Below are positions 28,622-38,646 of a DNA stretch of 64,000 nt, in pieces; position 1 is the stretch's first letter; each line of letters begins with the position of its first letter. A program made the position numbers and the translations under genes. A model generated the notes under the pieces. That model had not been told where the DNA came from, made no database searches, and worked only from the letters and a program-made list of their open reading frames with translations. Location: positions 123,123-187,122 of the IMG/VR virus record IMGVR_UViG_3300025137_000014. The stretch is one strand, 5' to 3'. The DNA comes from a virus.

Positions 28622-28925
28622 TTTACGTTCTCCGTATTAAATAAATTTTTGTTATGCTTGAGGACAGCAATACCCTGAGTCTTTTCTCAGTGTCAACGGT
28701 CTTTCCCAGTCGCCAATACAAAATAGAACTTTTGTATCACTTATATTTATATAAATATAACAGAAAAAACAAGGGAAATACAGTGTTTTTTAGACATTCC
28801 CGGTATGTCTAAAATGCAGGGCTTGTATATAAGTTGCATAACTTCACAACATAGTCAAAATAGCTATTGATTTATTGTATTAAATGTGTTATCATTGTTA
28901 TGTAATATTACAAAAAGGAGATATA

Positions 28926-29210
28926 ATGCCAAAAGTTTTGTGTGCAAAATATAATGAAGAATTACCCGGATTAGAAAAGGCACCTTTTCCTGGAGAAGCA
29001 GGAAAACGGGTACTAGAAAATGTTTCAGAAAAAGCATGGAATGAATGGTTAAATTTTCAAACTATTCTTATTAATGAAAATAGATTAAACCTAATGGACG
29101 AAGGCGCTAGAAAGTTCTTATCAGATAATAGAGATAAATTCTTATATGAGCCTGGTGAACTTGCAATGCCTGAGGCTTATAGAGATCCTAATATTCCTGA
29201 TTTGAGATAG
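28926..29210 (+). CDS. yggX: Fe(II)-trafficking / Fe-S oxidative-damage protection protein
   Basis: VLCAKY..ELPGL..APFPGEAGKRVLENVSEKAW.EW...QTILINE.RL. Confidence 0.88.
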   Translation: MPKVLCAKYNEELPGLEKAPFPGEAGKRVLENVSEKAWNEWLNFQTILINENRLNLMDEGARKFLSDNRDKFLYEPGELAMPEAYRDPNIPDLR

Positions 29211-29222
29211 AAAGAAAGTAAA

Positions 29223-29834
29223 ATGCATTTAAGTATTATTAATAAAGATTATCCTGTATGGGAATTAACTGAATTTGATTTGCCAGAATTAGCGACAGAC
29301 AGTCTATTAGATACTAGTGTAGCAAATGTGTTACAAAATAATAGTAAACGTGAACCTAATCATTTAGATTGGGATAATCCAACTCACTTTCATTTTAAAG
29401 AACGTTGGTTTACACATACTAATAAAATACAGAAGTATTTAAAGTCTGAACGTGCATATGAAGAATGTACTGAACTATTACATATGTGGCCTAATAGATT
29501 TGAAAGGTTTGAATGGGGACAGGGTGAAAAGTCAATACAAATAATTCATGATAGGTCTGGATTTAAAATGACACCTCACATAGATAATAGAATGGTTATT
29601 GGAGTAGTAATTATTAATTTGCAAGATAACCCAAAAGATTCGGGAACTACATTTCATAAAGAACCAATAGTTTCTAGTCCATGGTATAACGGACCAACAA
29701 AAAAGGGAACAGGTGTATTCTTTTTAAATAATTGGAATTCGTGGCACAGTATTGAAAACAACGGTGATGATAGACTTATTGCTTATGATGTAATGCCTTT
29801 AAGTAATATGTTTTCTGGACCATTCTCAGGATGA
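29223..29834 (+). CDS. 2OG-Fe(II) oxygenase-like protein
   Basis: PHIDN...SGTTF...WHSI...R. Confidence 0.7.
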   Translation: MHLSIINKDYPVWELTEFDLPELATDSLLDTSVANVLQNNSKREPNHLDWDNPTHFHFKERWFTHTNKIQKYLKSERAYEECTELLHMWPNRFERFEWGQGEKSIQIIHDRSGFKMTPHIDNRMVIGVVIINLQDNPKDSGTTFHKEPIVSSPWYNGPTKKGTGVFFLNNWNSWHSIENNGDDRLIAYDVMPLSNMFSGPFSG

Positions 29835-30232
29835 AGAAATTAGTTTGGAAAGTACATCTAACAGCATCAGATGTTAATGCTGGTGGGACAGTTAGTGGTG
29901 GTAGATTATTTGATATGGCAGATGTTTCTGCTTATACAATGATTAATGAAACGTTTACTAGTATTAGACCAGATTTGTCAGTTGTAACAAATGGTGCAAA
30001 TGTAAAATTTATTGCGCCTGCACATGCTTATGGATTTGTAGAATCTTTTGCAGAAATAGTTGAAGTTACTCCCGCAAAGATAAATGTACTTATTACTATG
30101 AATTATAGACAAAATAAAAATTTAGATTGGTATAAATGTTTTGAGGGCATATTCAGTTTCACTTGTTTAAATGCTGATACTCGTAAAGTTTATAAAATGA
30201 CAAAAGAGGATATGAATGAAATTCAAAGCTAA
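29831..30232 (+). CDS. Hotdog-fold acyl-CoA thioesterase (YciA-like)
   Basis: DVNAGGTVSGGRLFDMAD. Confidence 0.8.
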   Translation: MKKLVWKVHLTASDVNAGGTVSGGRLFDMADVSAYTMINETFTSIRPDLSVVTNGANVKFIAPAHAYGFVESFAEIVEVTPAKINVLITMNYRQNKNLDWYKCFEGIFSFTCLNADTRKVYKMTKEDMNEIQS

Positions 30233-31136
30233 AGTATTAGTAACAGGTGGCGCAGGTTATATAGGCACAGAATTGGTTAAACAATTACTTGACAATGGAT
30301 ATGATGTAACAATATTAGATAAAAAAGAAAAGCCTGAATTAACTAGTAGAGTAAAATATATTCAAGGAGATTTACAGAATGCCGCACGTTGCGTTATGGC
30401 ATGTGCAGGTCAAGAATTTGTTATACACCTAGCGGCTAAACCTCGTATACCAGAGAGTTTTATAAACCCTGATGAATATTTTGATAATAATGTTACTGGT
30501 ACACGTAACATACTAACAGCCGCAAGTGCAGTTGGTGTAAGAAAGTTTGTATTTGCTAGTAGTAGTTCTATCTATGGTAATAATCAAACACCTCACAAAC
30601 CGTATCATAAACCTGATCCACTAAACTATTATGCAATGACAAAAATATTTGGTGAGCATTTGTGTAAACAATATAAAAACATGTTTGGATTGACATATAA
30701 CATATTACGTTTCTTTACAGTGTATTCAGAAAATCAACCAAACTCTAATACTGGTGGATTAATGATAGGTAAATTTGGTAGACTTGCTAAAGAAGGAAGT
30801 CCGCTAACAATACACGGAGACGGAGAATATAAAAGAGATTACATACATGTTTCTGATGTAGCAAAAGCATGTATTTCAAGTATTGAGTCAAAAGTAAAAA
30901 ATGAAATATTTAACGTTGGAACAGGAACTAATATTTCAGTTAATAAAGTAGTAGACATTATAAGAGAGTTTAAAGATGTTAATGTAACACATGAAGAAAA
31001 TCCAAGAGGTTATGCAAAAGATACATTAGCTGATGTAAGTAAAGCAAAGAAATTATTAGGGTGGGAAGCTAAAATCAATCAAGTAGAAGGAATAAGACAA
31101 ACGTATAAGGAGATATTTAATGAACAAACCGATTGA
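30216..31136 (+). CDS. NAD-dependent nucleotide-sugar epimerase/dehydratase
   Basis: TGGAGYIG, FASSSSIYG, YAMTK, RDYIHVSD. Confidence 0.92.
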   Translation: MKFKAKVLVTGGAGYIGTELVKQLLDNGYDVTILDKKEKPELTSRVKYIQGDLQNAARCVMACAGQEFVIHLAAKPRIPESFINPDEYFDNNVTGTRNILTAASAVGVRKFVFASSSSIYGNNQTPHKPYHKPDPLNYYAMTKIFGEHLCKQYKNMFGLTYNILRFFTVYSENQPNSNTGGLMIGKFGRLAKEGSPLTIHGDGEYKRDYIHVSDVAKACISSIESKVKNEIFNVGTGTNISVNKVVDIIREFKDVNVTHEENPRGYAKDTLADVSKAKKLLGWEAKINQVEGIRQTYKEIFNEQTD

Positions 31137-31443
31137 ACCTATTAGAGAAAAATTAGATGAAAAGATTAAACAACTTAACTCTAGTAGAGTATTTAAAAAG
31201 GTTACACCTAAATATGATTTATCTTGGTACGTAAAATGGGTTGCATCTGTATTAATATTGATTGCAACTTGTGCCAGAGCAACAGGCACTATCCCACAAG
31301 TAGATTTGTGGTTTGGATTATTTGGGACAATGGGTTGGTTTTGGGTAGGAATGTTATGGCATGATAGAGCATTGATAATGCTTAATGGTGTTCTTATTAC
31401 CTTAATTTTTTCAGGTCTTTTAAATTTCTATTTTGGTGTTTAA
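31120..31443 (+). CDS. Small membrane protein
   Basis: Three TM segments, WYVKWVAS...WHDRALIMLN. Confidence 0.65.
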   Translation: MNKPIEPIREKLDEKIKQLNSSRVFKKVTPKYDLSWYVKWVASVLILIATCARATGTIPQVDLWFGLFGTMGWFWVGMLWHDRALIMLNGVLITLIFSGLLNFYFGV

Positions 31444-31445
31444 AT

Positions 31446-31559
31446 ATGTATTGGGTATGGTATAGAAAATTAAGAAAAGAAGGATATTCTTGGTGGAACT
31501 GTTTGCTATGGGCTAGATATAATAATAAATACTACGACCAAGATGGAAATTATAAATGA
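31446..31559 (+). CDS. 37-aa Trp/Tyr-rich peptide
   Basis: Hand-translated MYWVWYRKLRKEGYSWWNC...; ATGA overlap with the next gene. Confidence 0.5.
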   Translation: MYWVWYRKLRKEGYSWWNCLLWARYNNKYYDQDGNYK

Positions 31560-32407
31560 GAAATGTAACAGAATTGTATTGCCTATCTGATGATATTAAT
31601 AATTTCATTGCACATATGGTATTATATAATGAGACAACTAATAGTCTAATCTTATCTCAAGGCAAATGCTTGAAAGAAAAGTCTTCATTTATTTTCATTA
31701 AAGATAAGCAAGAAAGAAAGATAAAATTACATTCTGATATCGGACTTAGAGCCGATGATTGTTGGAACTGCGGAGTTGAGTTAGTTAATTCTTATAGACG
31801 CCTAGGGTATTCAGGCAATAAGTGGTATTTAGATAAATTAAGACATGATTATCCTCGGGCTTGGGGAATGTCTCAGGCTTTCCTAGCAGGCAAGCATTTA
31901 TGGGTTTGTGAATTTGTTGAAAAGTATAAACTTAAACCGGGACATAAAAGTAGACTTGCAGTAGTAAATGACTTATGGGAAAATATAGGGCTATATGACA
32001 TATCAAAGTATTTGTATACATTTATGGGCTTTGAAGAAGAAATGGATAAATGGATTACTAACTGTATCAAGTTACGATATATGCTTATTATGAATGCAGG
32101 TATAGATCCAATTAGTATAACATATTATCATCCATTGGTTCATTTTAAAAATCTTAAAATTCCAGCTGGAATAAATTTTAAAACATTGACAATTAATACA
32201 AATAAAGAAAAAGATACAGAATTGTATGCTGATACATCTATAGATTATAAAGATTTATTTATTGAACCAAAATCAGAAGCTATTAGAGAATTATACAAAC
32301 ATTTAAGAAATGAAGAAACATTTGATGCTAAACCTAATTACATAGTTAGTAAGTTTAAATCTTATCATCTTATAAGTTTAGGATTATTAGAAGATGCCAA
32401 AAAGTGA
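31556..32407 (+). CDS. Hypothetical protein
   Basis: 283 aa in operon. Confidence 0.6.
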   Translation: MRNVTELYCLSDDINNFIAHMVLYNETTNSLILSQGKCLKEKSSFIFIKDKQERKIKLHSDIGLRADDCWNCGVELVNSYRRLGYSGNKWYLDKLRHDYPRAWGMSQAFLAGKHLWVCEFVEKYKLKPGHKSRLAVVNDLWENIGLYDISKYLYTFMGFEEEMDKWITNCIKLRYMLIMNAGIDPISITYYHPLVHFKNLKIPAGINFKTLTINTNKEKDTELYADTSIDYKDLFIEPKSEAIRELYKHLRNEETFDAKPNYIVSKFKSYHLISLGLLEDAKK

Positions 32408-33320
32408 TAAACTAAAATTACTCATAATAGGACCTGGCGCGGCCAGTAATTTTATTAGTTCAAGAATAATAAGTGCAGATACAATACAAATCGATTCAGA
32501 TACTAATGAATATTATAATGTGAGAGACTACAGTGAAATGACTGATTCAGCATTATTAGATTATATCAATAAAAATACAGTTAAGAAACCACACACTATT
32601 CATAGTTTAGAACGTGTTGCTAAATTATTAGATTCATTTGATTGGGAAACAGGAGAGCATAATTCTACTGTGCAAGGACATGAATATACTATCGCAGTAG
32701 AGAAAATTAAAGAATCGTGGGAAACATGTGAGCATAACAGAATGGCAGTTTTTTGGCTTGAATCACTCTACAAAGGCATGTATCAGTTTAAAAATATTAG
32801 TAAGCATATTGATATTTTAAATAATGCTGATTGGTGGAAAGAAGCAGAGAGATTCATATTTGATTGGCAAATTGCAGGATGGTCAATGCACTATAAAGAA
32901 GATAGTAAGTTGCATTCTATCGAACATTATTTAAGTAAAAATGAAAAAATAAATGATAAAATGGCAGAAATAGTCAACATAGGGGTGTTACATGTAGACG
33001 GAACTACTACGTCCTTTATCACAGATATACTAAATATGAAACATATGTCTGAGAATATTAAAAATAATTTACCGCCGGTATCTACATCATTGCGTCCAAA
33101 TACATATGAAATGGGCTGGGCTGATATAATATTTGATTATAAGAAGTTGTTCTTTTATAATGATCCTAAAGAACTATATAATTTATTTAACTTTTTTGAT
33201 AAGGGTAAATACTTTAAAGATAATGAGAAAAAAGAAATAAACGCATTTCGTGATTACCATATAAGAAACGTAAACTATTATGTTGATAATTGGGAACAAA
33301 TGAGCGAGGAGGCTAAATGA
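32394..33320 (+). CDS. Hypothetical protein (possible sulfotransferase-like N-terminus)
   Basis: LLIIGPGAASNFIS loosely resembles a 5'-PAPS loop. Confidence 0.45.
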   Translation: MPKSDKLKLLIIGPGAASNFISSRIISADTIQIDSDTNEYYNVRDYSEMTDSALLDYINKNTVKKPHTIHSLERVAKLLDSFDWETGEHNSTVQGHEYTIAVEKIKESWETCEHNRMAVFWLESLYKGMYQFKNISKHIDILNNADWWKEAERFIFDWQIAGWSMHYKEDSKLHSIEHYLSKNEKINDKMAEIVNIGVLHVDGTTTSFITDILNMKHMSENIKNNLPPVSTSLRPNTYEMGWADIIFDYKKLFFYNDPKELYNLFNFFDKGKYFKDNEKKEINAFRDYHIRNVNYYVDNWEQMSEEAK

Positions 33321-33832
33321 CAGTTTTAACACTGATTGATGAAACAGACAAAAGACTAAGACAAGTATGTACTAAACACAAGATAGATGATGCTACAGAA
33401 AAGCTAGTATATGATATGATTGTAACTATGCAAGATAATGATGGTATTGGTCTGGCGGCACCACAGTTAGGTGTTATGGAACAGATATTTGTCATAGGCC
33501 ATAAAGATGCAGGGTTTGTTGTTTGTATAAACCCAAGTTGGACTCCAACTACAGATGCCAAGTTAGAAAAGTTTGTAGAAGGCTGTTTAAGTTTTCCGCA
33601 TTTAGCATTGAATATAGAAAGATATAATCAAGTACATTGTACATTTACTAATTTGCAAGGTGAAATACAAACTCGTTTATTTAATGGAGTATGGGCTCAA
33701 GCAGTACAGCATGAACATGACCATTTAATGGGTATAACATTTGATAAAAGAGCAAAGACAAGTCAACTAAGCAGAGCATTAGCAAAACGTAGAGAGAAAT
33801 TAAAAAGAATTCAAAAGAGAAGCAATGATTAA
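33317..33832 (+). CDS. def: Peptide deformylase
   Basis: GIGLAAPQ, EGCLS, QHEHDH. Confidence 0.96.
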   Translation: MTVLTLIDETDKRLRQVCTKHKIDDATEKLVYDMIVTMQDNDGIGLAAPQLGVMEQIFVIGHKDAGFVVCINPSWTPTTDAKLEKFVEGCLSFPHLALNIERYNQVHCTFTNLQGEIQTRLFNGVWAQAVQHEHDHLMGITFDKRAKTSQLSRALAKRREKLKRIQKRSND

Positions 33833-34743
33833 TGGACTATTCTAACTATACATTATTAAGTGTAGGATGTAGTTTTACATTTGGGCAGGGCACTATTGCT
33901 GATTATAAAGGTGGACCCAACGAAAGAAAAGTTTGGCATAAAGCATGTAATGAACTTTCTTATACTTCACATGTTGGTAAACGTTTAAAGTTTAAAAAGG
34001 TTGTTAACTTAGGTACGCCTGCAGGTAGTAATGAACTTGCATTACTTAATATGAATACTTGGTTAGACAGAAATAAAGGCGAGAATGTTTTTATATTATT
34101 CAGTTTAGCTGATCCACAAAGAGAAATATTCTTTCCTAAAGTAATAGGTTTAGGTGATACTACTACTCCTAACAGTAATGGACTAGAAGTATTCAATTCA
34201 TCACATCCGCTTGGCATTTCAAAAAAGGCACTGGAAGTGTTTTATACAGAAATTAATACTGAGGTTACTATGACATTTAAAAACTGGTTATTTAGAAAGC
34301 AACTAAGTTCAGTATTGAAGTATAGAAACTTACCACACTTAGTATTTCATTCATTTGATCCTATGGATATCAGAATTACTAAACTAAGAAAGCAATTTAG
34401 AATGGCCCAAGGATCAACACATTGGCATGATTTAGATATTATACCAAACTTTGTAGAGTGGATGAAAACAATAGAAGATGAACCTACTTTTGATAACTAT
34501 CTAAGTATTAATCGAATTAATGCTCTTAGTAAAGATGTATTTGGAAAAGCAATCAATAAAGATATATACAAAATAGAAGACTACTTACATACTGTATGTA
34601 AGACACATAAAGAAGCGTTTTTTAAAGACCGTGATAGATATGCAGTAAAGCACCATATGTCATGGCATGACGGTAGTCATTACAATGCAACCGCTCAGAG
34701 GATACTGGGACAGCTATTGGTATCACAAATAGCACAAAAATAA
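33832..34743 (+). CDS. SGNH-like hypothetical protein
   Basis: VGCSFTFG, NLGTPAGSN, DGSHYN. Confidence 0.6.
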   Translation: MDYSNYTLLSVGCSFTFGQGTIADYKGGPNERKVWHKACNELSYTSHVGKRLKFKKVVNLGTPAGSNELALLNMNTWLDRNKGENVFILFSLADPQREIFFPKVIGLGDTTTPNSNGLEVFNSSHPLGISKKALEVFYTEINTEVTMTFKNWLFRKQLSSVLKYRNLPHLVFHSFDPMDIRITKLRKQFRMAQGSTHWHDLDIIPNFVEWMKTIEDEPTFDNYLSINRINALSKDVFGKAINKDIYKIEDYLHTVCKTHKEAFFKDRDRYAVKHHMSWHDGSHYNATAQRILGQLLVSQIAQK

Positions 34744-34807
34744 CTAAAGAATCAACTAAATACAATAGGGTATGGTATTATATTATACCCTAAATAAGGA
34801 GATTAAT

Positions 34808-34969
34808 ATGATGAAATGGATAAAAGATAGAACCAAAGAAAGAACATCATGGGATGGTGCAGTTTGTATTGCACTAGGACTTATGATTTTATTCATGGCT
34901 CCATTGGCAAAAATAGCGGCAGGCCTTGCCGTTGCTTGGGGAGTTTGGACAATCTGGAAATCAGAGTAA
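34808..34969 (+). CDS. Small membrane protein
   Basis: KERTSWDG followed by two TM segments; AGGAG RBS. Confidence 0.65.
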   Translation: MMKWIKDRTKERTSWDGAVCIALGLMILFMAPLAKIAAGLAVAWGVWTIWKSE

Positions 34970-35093
34970 GATTGTGAAATTTTCTGTATGACACCTTAGT
35001 TAATCTTTGGTGTCATGCACAGAAACATACCTAGAGATAGTAACTGTATTCGATGGTTACTTCAAAACTATAGTAAATCATATGAGGCATTAA

Positions 35094-35345
35094 TTGGAAA
35101 ATACTATACCACCTAGACTAATACTCTTGTCTGAATTTTTAGACCAGGGCAAACGAAAAGAACAAGAAATAAGCTACTACGAAAAGGAACTAGCAAAGAT
35201 TACAGAAAAACTATATTGGCTACGTAGAGAAAAAGATTTAACAGAAACAATTATCAATATAATCACCCAAGAAAAAGTTGTCGATATTAAAGAAGAAATG
35301 GAAAAAAGATATATAGCAGAAAAAGAAAGTAAAGAAGAAAGCTAG
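35094..35345 (+). CDS. Hypothetical coiled-coil protein
   Basis: 83 aa, TTG start. Confidence 0.55.
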   Translation: MENTIPPRLILLSEFLDQGKRKEQEISYYEKELAKITEKLYWLRREKDLTETIINIITQEKVVDIKEEMEKRYIAEKESKEES

Positions 35346-35361
35346 AATATAGGGGAATCAT

Positions 35362-35643
35362 TTGAGTACAATAAATAACATAGTCAATTTGCAAGGCATA
35401 AGTCAAAATATGCCTTTCAATACTATCACATTTCCCAACAGTGAGAATATTAATCCTCCTGTTAAGAAAGAGGCGAGAAGGGTCGTAGAACCTTCTACGA
35501 GAAACGATGTAAGTATGGAACTACTTAGACAATGGCATGAAAAGAGGTATGTCTTTCAAATGATTTTACATGATGAAAGACTTAGAGCATATGTTAATGA
35601 TGAAATTGAGCAAGGCAGAATTGTGGATATTGAGGTAAAGTAA
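35362..35643 (+). CDS. Hypothetical protein
   Basis: 93 aa, TTG start, GGGGA RBS. Confidence 0.5.
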   Translation: MSTINNIVNLQGISQNMPFNTITFPNSENINPPVKKEARRVVEPSTRNDVSMELLRQWHEKRYVFQMILHDERLRAYVNDEIEQGRIVDIEVK

Positions 35644-36017
35644 TGTTATTTTTATTCTATCTTACAGTTAGCTTAATCGTTACCTCAGGATTAATTATAT
35701 ATTTCAGAGAACATTTAAGAAAACAGATTGGCTGGTATTTACTAGGAATGATAACGTTTATGGTCGTTACAAATTTTAGTGAATACTGGTGGATGATGTT
35801 TATAAGTTTGGTAGTTTTTCTTCAAGTTCCACCATTTAGTGTTGAAGAAAAACTACTCAATAAGGCCGCTAATTCGGACAATAGGTTCAAGAGGTGGCAA
35901 CGGAAGAAAGGTAAATTAGTGCAATTTCTAGTATATATTTTAGGATTAATACTAGCGAGTGCATTTGTTACTTGGCTTGCGGGAGATGGAAATATCCATT
36001 TCATTTTAGTAGGATAG
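35643..36017 (+). CDS. Membrane protein
   Basis: Multiple hydrophobic segments. Confidence 0.55.
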   Translation: MLFLFYLTVSLIVTSGLIIYFREHLRKQIGWYLLGMITFMVVTNFSEYWWMMFISLVVFLQVPPFSVEEKLLNKAANSDNRFKRWQRKKGKLVQFLVYILGLILASAFVTWLAGDGNIHFILVG

Positions 36018-36108
36018 CTATTGACATGTCAATACAACCTATGTTATAATACAGAATATGATGCACAATTCGTGTGTTTTATTGTTTAATAAACTTAAGG
36101 AGGATGTA

Positions 36109-36462
36109 ATGAAAACATCAATTATTGGACTGCTAGTCGCAGTCTTTTTTTCTGCAAACGCAATGGCAGAAGAATCAAATGTAACAACAAATATCGATTG
36201 GTCTTTAAAACTTGAAAGACAAGTAGAAGCACAAGCCAACACAGGCGAACTAATGGGTACTATGGCTGTTTTTGGACTAGACGTATCAGCAGGCGGTCTA
36301 TGGAATATTGACAAAACAGGTGAAGACTTTATTGACATGAATAAAATTATGTTGAATGCAAGTCGTTCATTGTCTGACAATGCAAGTGTCTATATAAAGA
36401 ATGATTTTGATACTGATTGGGATAGAACTGAGTCAACTATTGGTCTACAGCTTACATTTTAA
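36109..36462 (+). CDS. Small secreted outer-membrane beta-barrel-like protein
   Basis: Signal peptide ending ANAMA, alternating beta pattern, C-terminal GLQLTF; AAGGAGG RBS; promoter TTGACA-18-TATAAT at 36021. Confidence 0.65.
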   Translation: MKTSIIGLLVAVFFSANAMAEESNVTTNIDWSLKLERQVEAQANTGELMGTMAVFGLDVSAGGLWNIDKTGEDFIDMNKIMLNASRSLSDNASVYIKNDFDTDWDRTESTIGLQLTF

Positions 36463-36466
36463 TTTG

Positions 36467-36497
36467 TTGACAAAAACACCACTATAGTGTATAAATA
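36467..36497 (+). promoter_or_regulatory. Composite early/late promoter for tmRNA
   Basis: TTGACA-17-TATAAA(TA): the -10 box doubles as the TATAAATA late motif. Confidence 0.7.
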
Positions 36498-36501
36498 TAG
36501 A

Positions 36502-36786
36502 TGTTAACGTTGAAGCAACGTAGACACATACTGGACTGGGGGGCAGTACCCCACAGCTCCACCATAATTACTTTGTAGCGTAAAAACTACAAATTTACGG
36601 CATAGAGTAATTATGATGGGGCTGATATAGGATCGACAGGTGTGAAAGTGAAGTGGAGTTGACCGAGTGACTTCGTTATTGGTCAAAAACTATAATTGCA
36701 AACGCAAATTATCAGCCAGAAATGGCAATGGCGGCCTAATTTAGGCACGTAGGGGTTGGTGACTTACCTGGCAACAGAAAAGTCAT
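36502..36786 (+). ncRNA. ssrA: Permuted two-piece tmRNA
   Basis: Acceptor piece ends GGGGGCAGTACCCCACAGCTCCACCA (CCA 36562-36564); IVS 36565-36617; coding piece starts GGGGCTGA at 36618; G3:U70 acceptor stem; tag GCA..TAA 36698-36739 = ANANYQPEMAMAA*. Confidence 0.92.
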
Positions 36787-36816
36787 GTTTTATTTAGGAG
36801 TGGGTATTAATATCAT

Positions 36817-37155
36817 ATGGCATATGTAGTTACAGAGGATTGTATCAAATGTAAATACACAGATTGTGTAGAAGTTTGTCCAGTTGATTGTTTTTATGAA
36901 GGTGAAAATATGCTTGTTATTAATCCAGATGAGTGTATTGACTGCGGAGTATGTGAACCGGAATGCCCGGCAGAAGCTATAATACCCGATACGTCCCCAA
37001 AATTTACACAACGACTATATGATATCAATGATAAATGGTCAAGAGAATGGCCAGTCATTACAGAACAAAAAGACCCCTTACCGGATGCTGATAAACTAAA
37101 TCCAGCTATGGGATACACAGAAGATAAAGTAAAGTTGTTAGACGAATATGACTGA
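36817..37155 (+). CDS. fdxA: Ferredoxin (FdxA, 7Fe-type)
   Basis: [21 protein letters not shown]...[12 protein letters not shown]. Confidence 0.93.
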   Translation: MAYVVTEDCIKCKYTDCVEVCPVDCFYEGENMLVINPDECIDCGVCEPECPAEAIIPDTSPKFTQRLYDINDKWSREWPVITEQKDPLPDADKLNPAMGYTEDKVKLLDEYD

Positions 37156-38098
37156 TGAGACTGACCATCTATGGCGTGAAGCGCCTCACTGGTATCACTA
37201 TAATTTAAAATCTTTTGAACATTATCTTAAGATAACAAAACTTGCAGATGCAGATGCAAATCAAAAGACTTGGGCATATTGCGGAACATTAAAAGATGTA
37301 TGGCATAATCTTTTTGGATTTGATGAAGATGGTATTCGTGCTAACATACATGGTAGTATTGTAGAAATTATAAATGAATTATTTTCTAAAAGTAATAAAG
37401 TTTGGAGTAATGAAGATTGGCTTACTACTGAACATTCACGTGATGATTTATTAACTAAGCCAAATGCTTTTTATCACATATTAGAAGAATTAAGAAGTGG
37501 AAAAAAGATATATGACCCTATAAATTTAGTATGGTTTCCTGATTGGTTTATGCCTGGTATAGTAGAGCATCAACAACCTATAAAACCTGTAACTAAATTT
37601 CAACCTAAATTTAAAACAGGCGTTGCACATACAAGATGGTTAGCTGAGTTAAGTGATATGCGGTACATATGTTTTAATGATGATATAAGTGCAGGAAGAT
37701 GGCAATTACATCCCGGTAATACAAGAATGCAGTTAGCAAATGTATACGACGGTGTAGTAAATTGTATTATAACAGATTACTCAAATGGTTATATAAAACA
37801 ATTTTACCCAATGATTGATGAACTACACTTACATGATTTTAATGTAACAAATAGAAGTTTATCATTAGGTTGGACAGGAAAAAACGGATATTGTCCACGT
37901 TCAATCAATAGCACAATATCTCCTAAAAATGTAATAGCTAAATATAGAGAAGTACAAGGATCTGCTATAACAGTAAACTTAGCGAAACCTACTACTTATA
38001 TGCCTCCTCGTTGTTTTGAGAAGATAGGCAATGAAGTAAAAGTAAATGGTAGCACAGTACTCAGAAATAATAATGGACTTTGGGAGTTAGTATTATGA
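37148..38098 (+). CDS. Hypothetical protein
   Basis: 316 aa; LHPGNTR loosely ParB-like. Confidence 0.55.
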   Translation: MTDETDHLWREAPHWYHYNLKSFEHYLKITKLADADANQKTWAYCGTLKDVWHNLFGFDEDGIRANIHGSIVEIINELFSKSNKVWSNEDWLTTEHSRDDLLTKPNAFYHILEELRSGKKIYDPINLVWFPDWFMPGIVEHQQPIKPVTKFQPKFKTGVAHTRWLAELSDMRYICFNDDISAGRWQLHPGNTRMQLANVYDGVVNCIITDYSNGYIKQFYPMIDELHLHDFNVTNRSLSLGWTGKNGYCPRSINSTISPKNVIAKYREVQGSAITVNLAKPTTYMPPRCFEKIGNEVKVNGSTVLRNNNGLWELVL

Positions 38099-38646
38099 TA
38101 ATGACTAAAAAAGATTATGGTTATCCTGTTTGGATAGTAGATGATGTGTTTGTATCAGGGCTTGAAGATAAAGTATTGGCACAAGCTAATGATTTACCAT
38201 TTGTACCAATGGTAGGCAAAAGAACAGACAAGACAGGTAAAAGAAATTGGATGAATCAATATACAGGCAAAGATTGGCAAGCATTTGAAGAAGTGTGTCA
38301 ATATTTTGATAGTACATATATGAAAGAAAAGTTTAGTAAGGTATGTGAAAAAGACTTTACTAAATTAGGTACAAGAATAGAACTATGCAAAGATGCAAAA
38401 GGAAGTTGGTTACATAATCACTTTGATGATAAAGCAAAGCTATTTACTTTACAAATCTATTTAACAGACACAGACACAAGTACGAGTTTTATGAAGAAGG
38501 ATACACCTGCTAGAAAAAATTCAGGTTGGTTTTTTGCAAACACAGGAACTGAACTACACGGATTAAGTGCATTGACACAAGATAGAATAAGCATTATTGT
38601 AAACTATTGTGATGAGTCATGGATAGATAGGTCTGTAATTGTATGA
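38095..38646 (+). CDS. 2OG-Fe(II) oxygenase-like protein
   Basis: LHNHFDD...ELHGL...RISII; ATGA overlap start. Confidence 0.65.
   Translation: MIMTKKDYGYPVWIVDDVFVSGLEDKVLAQANDLPFVPMVGKRTDKTGKRNWMNQYTGKDWQAFEEVCQYFDSTYMKEKFSKVCEKDFTKLGTRIELCKDAKGSWLHNHFDDKAKLFTLQIYLTDTDTSTSFMKKDTPARKNSGWFFANTGTELHGLSALTQDRISIIVNYCDESWIDRSVIV

Noticed and set aside
28926-29210. YggX as evidence of a gamma/betaproteobacterial host
   Set aside because: A single mobile auxiliary gene; the two-piece tmRNA is the stronger marker. Host assignment remains an inference
36504-36686. 60-aa minus-strand ORF
   Set aside because: Lies antisense to the tmRNA
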